64,000 nucleotides of DNA from Eledone cirrhosa (GCA_964016885.1 OZ024766.1:20460001-20524000); one strand, 5' to 3'; positions 39,900-52,699 are shown, counted from the first letter of the stretch. Translations and numbers: made by a program. Notes: generated by a model from the sequence alone, not told the origin.

Positions 39900-41179
39900 G
39901 GCACATGGCTTAGTGGTTAGAGCATTGGCCTTGCAATCGAAAGGTTGTGAGTTCAATTCTCAGACCGGGTGATGTGTTGTTTCCTTGAGCAAGACACTTT
40001 ATTTCACATTGCTCCAGTTTGCTCAGCTGTAGAAATGAGATGATAGGGACTGGGGTCCCTATCATTCCACTGTAAAGTGGTCGTGGAGGTGCCACAGCAA
40101 AAAAGCACCCAGCACTCACTGTAAAGTGGTCGTGGAGGTGCCACGGCAAAAAAGCACCCAGCACTCACTGTAAAGTGGTCGTGGAGGTGCCACGGCAAAA
40201 AAGCACCCAGCACTCACTGTAAAGTGGTCGTGGAGGTGCCACAGCAAAAAGAGCACCCAGCACTCACTGTAAAGGGGTCGTGGAGGTGCCACGGCAAAAA
40301 AAGCACCCAGCCCTCACTGTAAAGTGGTCGTGGAGGTGCCATGGCAAAAAAGCACCCAGCACTTACTGTAAAGTGGTCGTGGAGGTGCCACGGCAAAAAA
40401 GCACCCAGCCCTCACTGTAAAGGGGTCGTGGAGGTGCCACGGCAAAAAAAGCACCCAGCCCTCACTGTAAAGTGGTCGTGGAGGTGCCATGGCAAAAAAG
40501 CACCCAGCACTTACTGTAAAGTGGTCGTGGAGGTGCCACGGCAAAAAAGCACCCAGCCCTCACTGTAAAGTGGTCGTGGAGGTGCCACGGCAAAAAAGCA
40601 CCCAGCCCTCACTGTAAAGGGGTCGTGGAGGTGCCACGGCAAAAAAAGCACCCAGCCCTCACTGTAAAGTGGTCGTGGAGGTGCCACAGCAAAAAAGCAC
40701 CCAGCCCTCACTGTAAAGTGGTCGTGGAGGTGCCACGGCAAAAAAGCACCCAGCCCTCACTGTAAAGTGGTCGTGGAGGTGCCACGGCAAAAAAGCACCC
40801 AGCCCTCACTGTAAAGGGGTCGTGGAGGTGCCACGGCAAAAAAAGCACCCAGCCCTCACTGTAAAGTGGTCGTGGAGGTGCCACAGCAAAAAAGCACCCA
40901 GCCCTCACTGTAAAGTGGTCGTGGAGGTGCCACAGCAAAAAAGCACCCAGCCCTCACTGTAAAGTGGTCGTGGAGGTGCCACGGCAAAAAAGCACCCAGC
41001 ACTCACTGTAAAGTGGATGTGGAGGTGCCATGGCAAAGAAAGCACCCAGCACTCACTGTAAATGAGGTTGGTGTTAGGAAGGGCATCCAGCTGTAGAAAT
41101 CAAGCCAGAATCAGTCCCTGTCCCACCCTCGCAAGCAGGGAAAAGCAGACGGAAAATGATGATGATGATGATGATGATG
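39900..41179 (+). mobile_element. tRNA-derived CORE-like SINE (family A) with a 49-bp internal array (about 20 copies)
   Basis: ggcacatggcttagtggttagagc A box, gagttcaattc B box, ccttgagcaagacactt CORE-like motif, array at about 40068-41063, ggaagggcatccagctgtagaaa, and a (TGA)n tail. Confidence 0.9.
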
Positions 41180-41319
41180 AAGTGAAGCCATATCACTGTG
41201 ACGGCCGTAATAAATCAACCCCATGAAAAAGTTGTTTAATGAAACATAGACACAATAAGACAAGATAAAAACCACACCACTCACACAAAATTGTGTCACC
41301 TATGTTGTAAATGTTAATA

Positions 41320-41485
41320 ATTGTTTCTACTTTAGGCACAAGGCCAGCAATTACCCAGTGCATTACTGGTACTTTATTTTATCGACCCCGTAAGGATGAA
41401 AGGCAAAGTCAACCTCGGCGGGATTTGAACTCAGATCGTAAAGGGACGTAACTATGCTGGAAAGCATGGCGTCCGACCCTCTACC
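41320..41485 (-). mobile_element. tRNA-derived SINE (family B)
   Basis: Reverse complement of the ggattggcag...gagttcaaatcccgccgaggttgactttgcctttcatcc consensus. Confidence 0.8.
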
Positions 41486-41564
41486 GATACTGCCAATCCA
41501 CCACTCTTGTTGTAAATGTTAATAATAAAACTGGTTTACTAGAAAATTACTCTCTTCTCAGTTT

Positions 41565-42792
41565 ATTTGTGCAATGTCAATGTGCATGAACGACTAAGCA
41601 TAGATGAGTTGAGAGAGAAACTGTATAAGAGGGATAAGTTGTGGTGTGTGGGAGAGAAACTGGGTATAAGAGGGATAAGTTGTGGTGTGTAGGAGAGAAG
41701 ACTGAGATGGTATGGACATGTGATGTGTTGAGAGAGAAGCTGTGTATAAGAGGGATAAGTTGTGGTGTGTGGGAGAGAAACTGGGTATAAGAGGGATAAG
41801 TTGTGGTGTGTGGGAGAGAAGACTGAGGTGGTATGGACATGTGATGAGTTGAGAGAGAAGCTGGGTATAAGAGGGATAAGTTGTGGTGTGTGGGAGAGAA
41901 GACTGAGGTGGTATGGACATGTGATGTGTTGAGAGAGAAACTGTGTATAAGAGGGATAAGTTGTGGTGTGTGGGAGAGGAGACTGAGGTGGTATGGACAT
42001 GTGATGTGTTGAGAGAGAAACTGTGTATAAGAGGGATAAGTTGTGGTGTGTGGGAGAGAAGACTGAGATGGTATGGACATGTGATGTGTTGAGAGAGAAA
42101 CTGTGTAAAAGAGGGATAAGTTGTGGTGTGTGGGAGAGAAGACTGAGGTGGTATGGACATGTGATGTGTTGAGAGAGAAACTGTGTATAAGAGGGATAAG
42201 TTGTGGTGTGTGGGAGAGAAGACTGAGATGGTATGGACATGTGATGGGTTGAGAGAGAAACTGGGTATAAGAGGGATAAGTTGTGGTGTGTTGGAGAGGA
42301 GACTGAGGTGGTATGGACATGTGATGTGTTGAGAGAGAAACTGGGTATAAGAGGGATAAGTTGTGGTGTGTTGGAGAGGAGACTGAGGTGGTATGGACAT
42401 GTGATGTGTTGAGAGAGAAACTGGGTATAAGAGGGATAAGTTGTGGTGTGTTGGAGAGGAGACTGAGATGGTATGGACATGTGATGTGTTGAGAGAGAAA
42501 CTGGGTATAAGAGGGATAAGTTGTGGTGTGTTGGAGAGGAGACTGAGATGGTATGGACATGTGATGCGCATGGAGGATGACCGCTGGGTAAAGAAGTGCC
42601 AAGAAATCCCAGTAGAAGGAAGACCACGAAAAACATGGGCAGAGGTGGTGAGAGCAGACCTCAGATCGCTGAAGCTCATGGAGGAGATGACGAAGGACCA
42701 TGACAAGTGGAGAGATGCTGTGCTGAATAGGACCCATCCCACCCTTGCAAGCAGGGAAGAGCGGACGTAAAATGATGATGATGATAATGATA
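41565..42792 (+). mobile_element. RTE-like LINE 3' end with an internal 80-bp array (about 12 copies)
   Basis: ELREKLGIRGISCGVLERRLRWYGHVMRMEDDRWVKKC...GRPRKTWAEVVRADL...KWRDAV, ending in a (TGA)n tail. Confidence 0.88.
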
Positions 42793-42824
42793 TATACATA
42801 TATATAAAGCCTTTACCATGAAAC

Positions 42825-43965
42825 TACAACAGTATATATAGAGTAATGTAAATGTTATGTGAGGTATTATGTGAGGTAAAGCCTTTACTGTGACAATACA
42901 ATAGTATATATAGAGTAATGTAAATGTTATGTGAGATATTATGTGAGGTAAAGCCTTTACTGTGACAATACAATAGTATATATAGAGTAATGTAAATGTT
43001 ATGTGAGATATTATGTGAGGTAAAGCCTTTACTGTGACAATACAATAGTATATATAGAGTAATGTAAATGTTATGTGAGATATTATGTGAGGTAAAGCCT
43101 TTACTGTGACAATACAATAGTATATATAGAGTAATGTAAATGTTATGTGAGGTATTATGTGAGGTAAAGCCTTTACTGTGACAATACAATAGTATATATA
43201 GAGTAATGTAAATGTTATGTGAGATATTATATGAGGTAAAGCCTTTACTGTGACAATACAATAGTATATATAGAGTAATGTAAATGTTATGTGAGGTAAA
43301 GCCTTTACTGTGACAATACAATAGTATATATAGAGTAAGGTAAATGTTATGTGAGGTAAAGCCTTTACTGTGACAATACAATAGTATATATAGAGTAATG
43401 TAAATGTTATGTGAGATATTATGTGAGGTAAAGCCTTTACTGTGACAATACAATAGTATATATAGAGTAATGTAAATGGTATGTGAGATATTATGTGAGG
43501 TAAAGCCTTTACTGTGACAATACAATAGTATATATAGAGTAATGTAAATGTTATGTGAGGTATTATGTGAGGTAAAGCCTTTACTGTGACAATACAATAG
43601 TATATATAGAGTAATGTAATGTTATGTGAGATATTATGTGAGGTAAAGCCTTTACTGTGACAATACAATAGTATATATAGAGTAATGTAAATGTTATGTG
43701 AGATATTATGTGAGGTAAAGCCTTTACTGTGACAATACAATAGTATATATAGAGTAATGTAAATGTTATGTGAGATATTATGTGAGGTAAAGCCTTTACT
43801 GTGACAATACAATAGTATATATAGAGTAATGTAAATGTTATGTGAGGTATTATGTGAGGTAAAGCCTTTACTGTGACAATACAATAGTATATATAGAGTA
43901 ATGTAAATGTTATGTGAGGTAAAGCCTTTACTGTGACAATACAATAGTATATATAGAGTAATGGT
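42825..43965 (+). repeat. 60/72-bp satellite, copy 2 (about 16 units)
   Basis: Same unit as 36412-36748; followed by aaagggttaa. Confidence 0.95.
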
Positions 43966-44118
43966 AAAGGGTTAAGGCAGCGGGGGTGGGGGCTGGGTAA
44001 AGAAAAAAAAGTCTTTGAAAATTTTGAAAAATTTTTTAATTTTTTTTTTTAATTTAAATATTTTACTTTTAAATTTTTTGTTTTTTCTTTCTTTTTCTGC
44101 CGTTTGTCTGTAATTTCT

Positions 44119-44254
44119 TCAAATTTTTGGCAACTTTGGAGCTACTATTAAAGGATTGTTCTGTTTAATGATTCTTCGACCTTCAGCCTTGTAGTCGAAT
44201 GTGCAGTCATGTGTTTCAGCGTAGCGGTGCACGGCGCAGTAGTTGTTGCCGCAT
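44119..44254 (-). CDS. ZFAND4: ZFAND4 last exon (AN1 zinc finger C-terminal half)
   Basis: (R)CGNNYCAVHRYAETHDCTFDYKAEGRRIIKQNNPLIVAPKLPKI*; cccag acceptor, phase 2. Confidence 0.92.
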
Positions 44255-44297
44255 CTGGGGAGGAAATAGAGAGATAGATAGCTAGATAGAGAGACAT

Positions 44298-45180
44298 AGT
44301 GCCCCAGCATGGCCACAGTCTGGTGACTGAAACCAGTAAAACAGTACTGGGGTTGATATGGTTGACTAAATCAAGGCAGTGCCCCAGCATGGCCACAGTC
44401 TAGTGACTGAAACCAGTAAAACAGTACTGGGGTTTTATATGGTTGACTAAATCAAGGCAGTGCCCCAGCCTGGCCACAGTCTAGTGACTGAAACCAGTAA
44501 AACAGTACTAGGGTTGATATGGTTGACTAAATCAAGGCAGTGCCCCAGCTTGGCCACATTAAATCAAGGCAGTGCCCCAGCTTGGCCACAGTAAATCAAG
44601 GCAGTGCCCCAGCCTGGCCACAGTCTAGTGACTGAAACCAGTAAAACAGTACTGGGGTTGATATGGTTGACTAAATCAAGGTAGTGCCCCAGCTTGGCCA
44701 CAGTAAATCAAGGCAGTGCCCCAGCCTGGCCACAGTCTAGTGACTGAAACCAGTAAAACAGTACTGGGGTTGATATGGTTGACTAAATCAAGGCAGTGCC
44801 CCAGCTTGGCCACAGTAAATTAAGGCAGTGCCCCAGCATGGCCACAGTCTAGTGACTGAAACCAGTAAAACAGTACTGGGGTTGATATGGTTGACTAAAT
44901 CAAGGCATTGCCCCAGCTTGGCCACAGTTTAGTGACTGAAACCAGTAAAACAGTACTGGGGTTGATATGATTGACTAAATCAAGGCATTACCCCAGCTTG
45001 GCCACAGTCTAGTGACTGAAACCAGTAAAACAGTACTGGGGTTGATATGGTTGACTAAATCAAGGCAGTGCCCCAGTGTGGCCACAGTCTAGTGACTGAA
45101 AGCAGTAAAACAGTACTGGGGTTGATATGATTGACTAAATCAAGGCAGTGCCCCAGTGTGGCCACAGTACTGGGGTTGAT
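44298..45180 (+). repeat. about 80-bp tandem array from a SINE-tail-like segment (intronic)
   Basis: ggcagtgccccagcatggccacagtctagtgactgaaaccagtaaaa units. A single related copy lies on the minus strand at about 29830-29880. Confidence 0.85.
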
Positions 45181-45205
45181 ATATTGAGCAAAGAAAGCAC
45201 CATAC

Positions 45206-45387
45206 CTGCACAAGTAGCTGGATGCTAGTCCCGTCTTCTTACTACAAGCCAGGCACCTTTTAGAGGGTTTCTTAACTGACTTTACAGGAGGTAGTTCGTG
45301 TTGGCTGGCTGAGCTGCTTGTGGTTGTTGTTGTCTGACTGGGTAAAGATGGTTCAAAGGTTGACGGGAGATGCTGGTTTTGGCTGGA
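45206..45387 (-). CDS. ZFAND4: ZFAND4 exon 6 (AN1 zinc finger N-terminal half)
   Basis: SSQNQHLPS...HELPPVKSVKKPSKRCLACSKKTGLASSYLC(R); ttctag acceptor, gtatgg donor, phase 0 to 2. Confidence 0.9.
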
Positions 45388-45432
45388 CTAGAAACAACAA
45401 AACACACATTCATTTCATTTTCATTTTCATTT

Positions 45433-46001
45433 TCATTTTACGTCCGCTTTTCCCTGCTTGCAAGGGTGGGACGGGAACTGATTCTGGCTTGATTTCTACA
45501 GCTGGATGCCCTTCCTAACACCAACCTCATTTACAGTGAGTGCTGGGTGCTTTTTTGCCGTGGTACCTCCATGACCACTTTACAGTGAGTGCTGGGTGCT
45601 TTTTTGCCGTGGCACCTCCACGACCACTTTACAGTGAGTGCTGGGTGCTTTTTTGCCGTGGCACCTCCACGACCACTTTACAGTGAGTGCTGGGTGCTTT
45701 TTTGCCGTGGCACCTCCACGACCACTTTACAGTGTGTGCTGGGTGCTTTTTTGCTGTGGCACCTCCACGACCACTTTACAGTGAATGCTGGGTGCTTTTT
45801 TGCTGTGGCACCTCCACGACCACTTTACAGTGGAATGATATGGACCCCAGTCCCTATCATCTCATTTCTACAGCTGAGTAAACTGGAGCAATATGAAATA
45901 AAGTGTCTTGCTCAAGGAAACAACACATCACCCGGTCTGAGAATTGAACTCACAACCTTTCGATTGCAAGGCCAATGCTCTAACCACTAAGCCATGTGCC
46001 T
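45433..46001 (-). mobile_element. SINE family A, full length, shorter 49-bp array
   Basis: Reverse complement of 39900-41179. Confidence 0.9.
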
Positions 46002-46014
46002 CCATATATAATAA

Positions 46015-46368
46015 AAATTGTTTCTACTTTAGGCACAAGGCCAGCAATTACCCCAGTGTATTACTGGTACTTTATTTTATCGACCCCGTAATAAATGTTT
46101 CTACTTTTGAGGGCACAAGGCCAGCAATTACTCCAGTGTATTACTGGTACTTTATTTTACTGACCCCGTAATAACTGTTTCTATTTTTGGGGGCACAAGG
46201 CCAGCAATTACCCCAGTGTAATTACTGGTACTTTATTTTACTGACCCCGTAAGGATGAAAGGCAAAGTAAACCTCGGCGGGATTTGAACTCAGAATGGCA
46301 AGGGCCGTAACTCTATGCATCAAAGCATGGCGTCCCACCCTCTACCGATACTGCCAATCTACCACCAT
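46015..46368 (-). mobile_element. SINE family B with a 60-bp tail triplication
   Basis: ggcacaaggccagcaattaccccagtgtattactggtac units followed by the SINE head. Confidence 0.8.
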
Positions 46369-46600
46369 TTGAATAAATAATAAATGAATATTACATAATT
46401 TATGTATTAAATTTCGTTAATCTTGATTAATATAATTTTGTTGCTTATTTTAAGATTCACTTCTTTAAAATTTCCAAAATAAAATACCAGTAATACACTG
46501 GGGATTTGCTGGCCTTGTGCCTAATTATAATTAACGCCCAGTACACTCTGTAAAGTCGCCGTGTAGGTGTGTGTGTGTGTATATATACATATATGTATAT

Positions 46601-46947
46601 ACGATATTAAATAAATGGAAACTATATTTATAAAACCATATTTATTTCATTATATATATTTCAGGGATATCACATTAAAAATATGGTATGCATATATATA
46701 TACACACACATACAACAAAGGGGTTAGCAGTTTGTCAACAGGTCAGCCACCTTAGATAAGGTAATGACTTATGTGGTGATGGTGGGGAGCGAGTGTAGAC
46801 GTTCTTGTGGTGGTGGAGGGCTAACCCCTTTGTTGTATGTGTGTGTATATATATATGCATACCATATTTTTAATGTGATATCCCTGAAATATATATAATG
46901 AAATAAATATGGTTCTATAAATATAGTTTCCATTTATTTAATATCGT
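46601..46947. repeat. nested inverted repeat (about 128-bp arms) of the hammerhead-bearing family
   Basis: Arms 46601-46729 and 46820-46947 are reverse complements. The outer part matches 34163-34250, starting at helix II (gcataccatatt). Confidence 0.85.
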
Positions 46948-47031
46948 AAATATACTCCAAATACTTGTTGAGTGCTTTATATCAGTTATAAATATTTACT
47001 CGTTGTTAACCCAACAATTTAAATAAAACTT

Positions 47032-47075
<44 letters not shown>

Positions 47076-47157
47076 TGTATATGAATATATAGTGCAAATT
47101 TATACGGGAACAAAACAGAGAGGCAGACAAATAAAAGTTTATTAGGTTCACATATAC

Positions 47158-47227
<70 letters not shown>

Positions 47228-47234
47228 GTATATA

Positions 47235-47314
<80 letters not shown>

Positions 47315-47485
47315 TATATACATATGTATATATATATATATATATATACATATGTATATATATATATATATATATACATATGTATATATATATATATATA
47401 TACATATGTATATATATATATATATATATACATATGTATATATATATATATATATATACATATGTATATATATATATATATATAC

Positions 47486-47521
<36 letters not shown>

Positions 47522-47839
47522 GTATAACCGACCTACACCCCACCCACACACACCTCTTCCTGAACATGCAACCCCGTTCTTCCCCCAACTCTTACTTTCA
47601 CTTACACACACACACACCACCTTCAGCCCTCCCCGCTCGGACACCCCACCTCCCTCACCCCACTCCACCCCTACACGCCCCACACCATTCCACCACCTGT
47701 TTTACTTCATGTTTATTTTTATTTTTATTATGCTTTTATATTTAATTTCATTTGTACCGTTTCCTCTCACCCCCTTTTTTCTATATGTCTCTCCACCACT
47801 CCCCTACACACCCTTGGAACTCTCTTCCCACACACTTTT

Positions 47840-47875
47840 GCACCTGAAGAAGGGCTTATGCCCGAAACGTCGTTC
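47840..47875 (+). ncRNA. minimal hammerhead motif (Penelope-type)
   Basis: gcac-CTGAAGA-A-GGGC-ttat-GCCC-GAAA-CG-TC-gttc; AATAAA about 35 nt downstream. Confidence 0.55.
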
Positions 47876-48533
47876 CCCACCACCACCCCACTCTCAAGAG
47901 CGTGAAACTAATAAACCTTTGTTCATATTGCCTCTCTGTTTTGTCCCGTTCAATTTTTTACTATACATATATATATGGTGGCTGCCAACTCGTTTTCGAG
48001 TACGGCCACTACTTTATATCCATGTAGATGAACCCCTACCGATGCGCTGAACGAGTGTGACTTTTTAGTCCAGCCAGCGACTTGAAAACTCTGGTACAAA
48101 CACTACACTTGTGACAATTATTGACACATAGTGCTGGGCTCATGGTACCATGTGAGGACAAGTGCAGAGAGATCTCCAGATATACAGCAATGCCTGTGCC
48201 GTGAAGCTTTTATAGTGAGCAAAGGCACTGCACAAAGCCAGTCCCACTCTCTTAACCAAGATGATATTTACCAAAAAGAAGAACAAGTCAACATCATTGG
48301 ATACCATCAGAGTTGCAGGTGTTATATCAGAGTTTTCCTTCTCCTAGAATTCTGCCTTGACAAAGGCTAAGGGGTCATCTCTCCCGGATATATATATATA
48401 CATATATATATATACACATACATATATATACATACATACATACATACATATATATAACCAATAAATTATAGCAGTACTCTAGTATGGCCCTTGTCTAATA
48501 TCAGAATTATGAAATACAAGAATCTGTAGTTAC

Positions 48534-51500
48534 CTGTGTCGGCTGTTCTGCGGGGCGTACATTAGAAGGGAGGCTACTTGTGTCTGCATCTGGCACTGAA
48601 TTACCTCCCTTGCTCTTCAGAGTTCCGACGAATCCGTGACGAGAAGACGGTGCCAGCCTTTCCAACGAAGCCTGACTGAAGGGACCGCGGGTGACTGCGG
48701 GGCTAGCCGACGAAGAAAACCTCGAGAGGTGGTCTCTGATCGACAAGCTGGTGTTGATGTTGTTGTCCTCGTCAGTGGTGTTTGTGGTGGCGGTTATATA
48801 ACTATTGTCTTGGTCCGTTGGGGCTGACATTAGCGTTGTAAGACATAAAACGGCCTCTTGTTCTTCAGCCGAAAAAAGGCCTGTCTGCCCCACCGATGCA
48901 TACAATGCAAGTTCATCCAATATATCTATTGGGTCGGTGAGTAATCTCCCCTTGTGCTTTTCGGGGAGGAAGCAATGTTCCGCGAGGATGCTAGACAGGA
49001 AGTTGCTAGAATAATGTTTAGCAGCAGGTTGAGTGTCCTGGTGTGGACTCAAATTGAAACTGGCAATATTGCTGTTTGAGCTGGGATTTGAGTCCTGGTG
49101 TGGGTTTAAATTGATACTGGAATTTGAGCTAGGATCAAACTCGTGGCGTGGATGTAAGTTAAAACTAGAGTCTGAGCTAGGATCAAACTTGTGGTGTGGG
49201 TTTAAGTTAAAACTAGAGTCTGAGCTAGGATCAAACTCGTGGTGTGGGTTTAAGTTAAAACTAGAGTCTGAGCTAGGATCAAACTTGTGGTGTGGGTTTA
49301 AGTTAAAACTAGAGTCTGAGCTAGGATTAAACTCGTGGTGTGGGTTTAAGTTAAAACTAGAGTCTGAGCTAGGATCAAATTCGTTGTGTGGGTTTAAGTT
49401 AAAAATGGAATTTGAGCTAGGTTTAAAGTCTTGGTGTGGATTTAAGTTAAAACTGGCATTTGAGCTAGGATTTGAGTCCTGGTGTGAGTTTAAGATAGTA
49501 CTGGAATTTGAGCTAGGGTCAAACTTGTGGTGTGGGTTTAAGATGAAATTAGAGTTTGAGCTATCTTTGAAGTCGTGGTGTGGGTTTAAATTGATACTGG
49601 AATTTAAGCTAGGCTTAAAGTCCTGGTCTGTGTTTAAGTTACTAGAGTTTGAGATAAGATGAGGGTCTAGGTGTGGGCTTGAGCTAGTGTTAGGGTCTTG
49701 TGAGTTTAACTTAACACTAGATTCTGAGCTAAGATCAAGATCGTGATTGAGGTTTAAGTTACCGCCAGAGATTAAATTGAAATGAGGATCGTGGTGTGGG
49801 TTTAAATTTGAGCTAATGTGTGGGTCAGGCTCTGAAGGAAAGTTATGAGTTTCCAGGCTAAAACTAGGATCAAAGTCAGGGTTTAAGTTACTATCGGAAC
49901 CAGAGATATGACAAGTGTCAGAGGTTATGTTTAAGTTATTATTAGACTTTGAGCTATGTTCAGGGTTTCCACTTGGATTGAAGCTAAAACGATGGTTAGG
50001 GTTTATGGTAGGGCTACTTATAATGTTAGCGCTTGAAGTAAGAGAAGGGCTGTGGTTTTGGTTAGGGCTAGAGCTACTAGTGATGTCTGAACTAAGGCAA
50101 GGGTTAGGGTTAAGGTTTCTGCCAGAATTCGAAGTAAGGCAAAGGTTATTGTAGGGGCTAGTGTTTGAAGGTGAATAGTGGGAGATATTTATGGAGTCTG
50201 GGTTGCAAGTCCGGTTAGAGTAGGACTCGAGGCTTTTGGGGACAGCGGGTAACCTATTCGTGGGCGTGTCTGCTGCTGCTGCTGATGATGGTGATGATGA
50301 TGAACCTGAAAGAGTATTTGTAGAGGGAATGGGTCTCAGCTTGGTTAGTGCCGAGCTGGAAGATACGTTGCAGTTCTGGGGACAACCCCGAAAGTTGGAG
50401 CCAGGCCCAGTGGTGGTGGTGGTGGTAATTATTGTTAGTGCTGAGGTGGAAGATACGTTGCTGTTCTTCTGGGAATGAGCCCGAAGCTTGGAGGCTGGAC
50501 CAGTAGTAGTGGTGGTTATTGATGTTGTTGGGGTGTCGTGGGTGGCTGTCTCAGTTCCTGTTCCCGCTGCCACCAAAGAGGAGGAAGAAGAAGAGAAAGG
50601 TGGGGCAACTCTCCGCCTACCACTACTTCCCCTGCCGCTACCTAAAGCAGCTGCTGCTGCTGCTCGGTTTGCGGCCGTCAGCGGTGGTGGTGGGGGTTTC
50701 GGTTTCACTTCCCACCGGCGTCGCAAGGGCGCAGGCACACCACCGCTGCGGGCCCTCTCGTTGGGCCCTGCTTTGGTTAGCGGGTCGAGGTTTCTGCTGG
50801 GCTTGGCACAGACGTACACGGTGGTGCAAGGTGCATGCTCAGCCGGGTGTGCAGTCGGGCTGGGTTTGGGGTTGGCAAAACGCTGCAGAGGGAGCGGCGT
50901 GGACTTCTGCTGTTGTTGATGTTGACGCTGTGAAGAGGACTCCTTCATGCCCTTCCCGACCCTGTCCACCACTATACCACCACTTCCCCCTCTACTGCCA
51001 CCACCAACACCACCACTACTACTACTACTACTACTAAAGCTACTAATATGACTACCAGCGCAGCCTCCAGGCCGCGAAGGTTCCGGATTTTTCCGGTTGG
51101 GACAGGATCTAGACGGCGCTGCCCTGGATATGGATACTGACCTCAACCTAGAACCTGACCCAGGAACCGCTCGTAAGCTGGGGCTGGGCTTCGTGGCTGC
51201 CACCGCGAGCGTCCGACGGGGAACTGACGGTGGATGAGGGAGAGGCTGAGGAGGTTCTGGTTGGTGTGGTTGGTGTCCGCGCGCCTGTCCGAGTCCAAGG
51301 CCCGGCTTTCCGGCGGCGGCGGGGCTGGAATCCGTCTCCGACAGCAGCAAGGGCGGCAACAGCGGCGACGGAGTTGCGGCCCCGGGAGGGTAAGGGTGGC
51401 GCTCAGTAGTTGAGCCCGCACTGGGCATCATCAGCCAGGGTGTTGTTAGATCCATCGAGGAGAAGTTCGTTACGGCGGTGGTGGTGGTGGTGAGAGGTAG

Positions 51501-52499
51501 TGGCAGTGTGGTGGAGGCAGCGGTGGTGGTGGTGGTGGTGTTATTGCTGGCGTTGCCGCCATCGCCGTTAGCAACCATGTTCGGTGCCGCCGTCGGCGCC
51601 AAGGGGGCCGAGAACGTCTGGCCCAGCGGGGGCAACAGCGGCTTCTGGTTGAGGAGACTCCCGAGGACCCTCAACGGCGCGGCGAGGTTGTCTCCCCTTC
51701 TACTAGTCGCGTTGCTGGCGGTGGCGCTGGCGGTTGTCGGGGTGGCGGCGGGGGTCGTTGCCATAGCGACGGAGGCAGAGGCGGGCGTGGAGGATGAGGT
51801 GCTGGTGGTGGCAGCGACAGACGTAGGGGTGGTGGAGGCGGTGGTGGAGATGGTGGTGGTGGTGTTGGTGCCGGCGGGGAGGGATTGGAAATGCTGCTGC
51901 TGCTGCTGCTGCTGTTTTCTTGCTGCTGATGCTGCTGTTGCCGTTGGACGGTTGTTGGAAGGGGGTGGCGGTGGTGGAGATTGAAGTTTTGGCGGGGGTG
52001 GAGGTTGCAGTAGTTGGCGTGGTGGTGGTGGTTGTGGTGGTGGTGGTTGTAGTAGTGGTGGTTGTAGTAGTGGTGGTGGTTGTAGTAGTGGTGGTGGTAG
52101 TGGTGGTTGTAGTAGTGGTGGTGGTGGTGGCTGTGGTTGTAGTAGTGGTGGTGGTGGTGGTGTTGATTGTAGTAGTGGCGGTGGTTGTAGTAGTAGTGGT
52201 TGTGGTGGTTGTGGTAGGGGTGGTGGTTGTACTAGTAGTGGTGGTGGTGGTGGTGGTTGTACTAGTAGTGGTGGTGGTGGTGGTTGTAGTAGTAGTGGTG
52301 GTGGTTGTACTAGTAGGGGTGGTGGTGGTGGTGGTGGTGGTTGTAGTAGTAGTGGTGGTGGTGGTGGTTGTAGTAGTAGTGGTGGCGGTGGTACAGGCAC
52401 TGCAGGCAGCTGTATTGGCTGTGACACCCTAATAGTGCTGGTAACTCCCGTGGCCTCCACTTCAGGTGCTATACACACCGAAGCCTGCTGTGAAGATGA
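48534..52499 (-). CDS. ZFAND4: ZFAND4 exon 5, 3966-bp low-complexity exon
   Basis: Open for 1322 codons; ttgcag acceptor and CAG|gtaact donor, phase 0/0, compatible with both neighbouring exons. Poly-P/Q/T/S tracts and 16-aa repeats. Confidence 0.75.
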
Positions 52500-52699
52500 C
52501 TGCAACAAGAACAAGATGAAAAAGTGTTTGTTAATGTATAAATATCTCTCTCTCTCTCTCTTTATCTATCTATCTATATATCTATCTATCTATATATACA
52601 CTAGCAGATTTACCCGGCGTTGCCCAGGGTTTGAAATTATGCTAAGAATATACAGCTAGGATTACCTAAAGCGATACCTTGTTACCCCATATTTATATA

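Noticed and set aside
50060-50115. TTAGGG-like motifs
   Set aside because: Isolated NP/NPN codons in the ZFAND4 exon, not a telomeric array.
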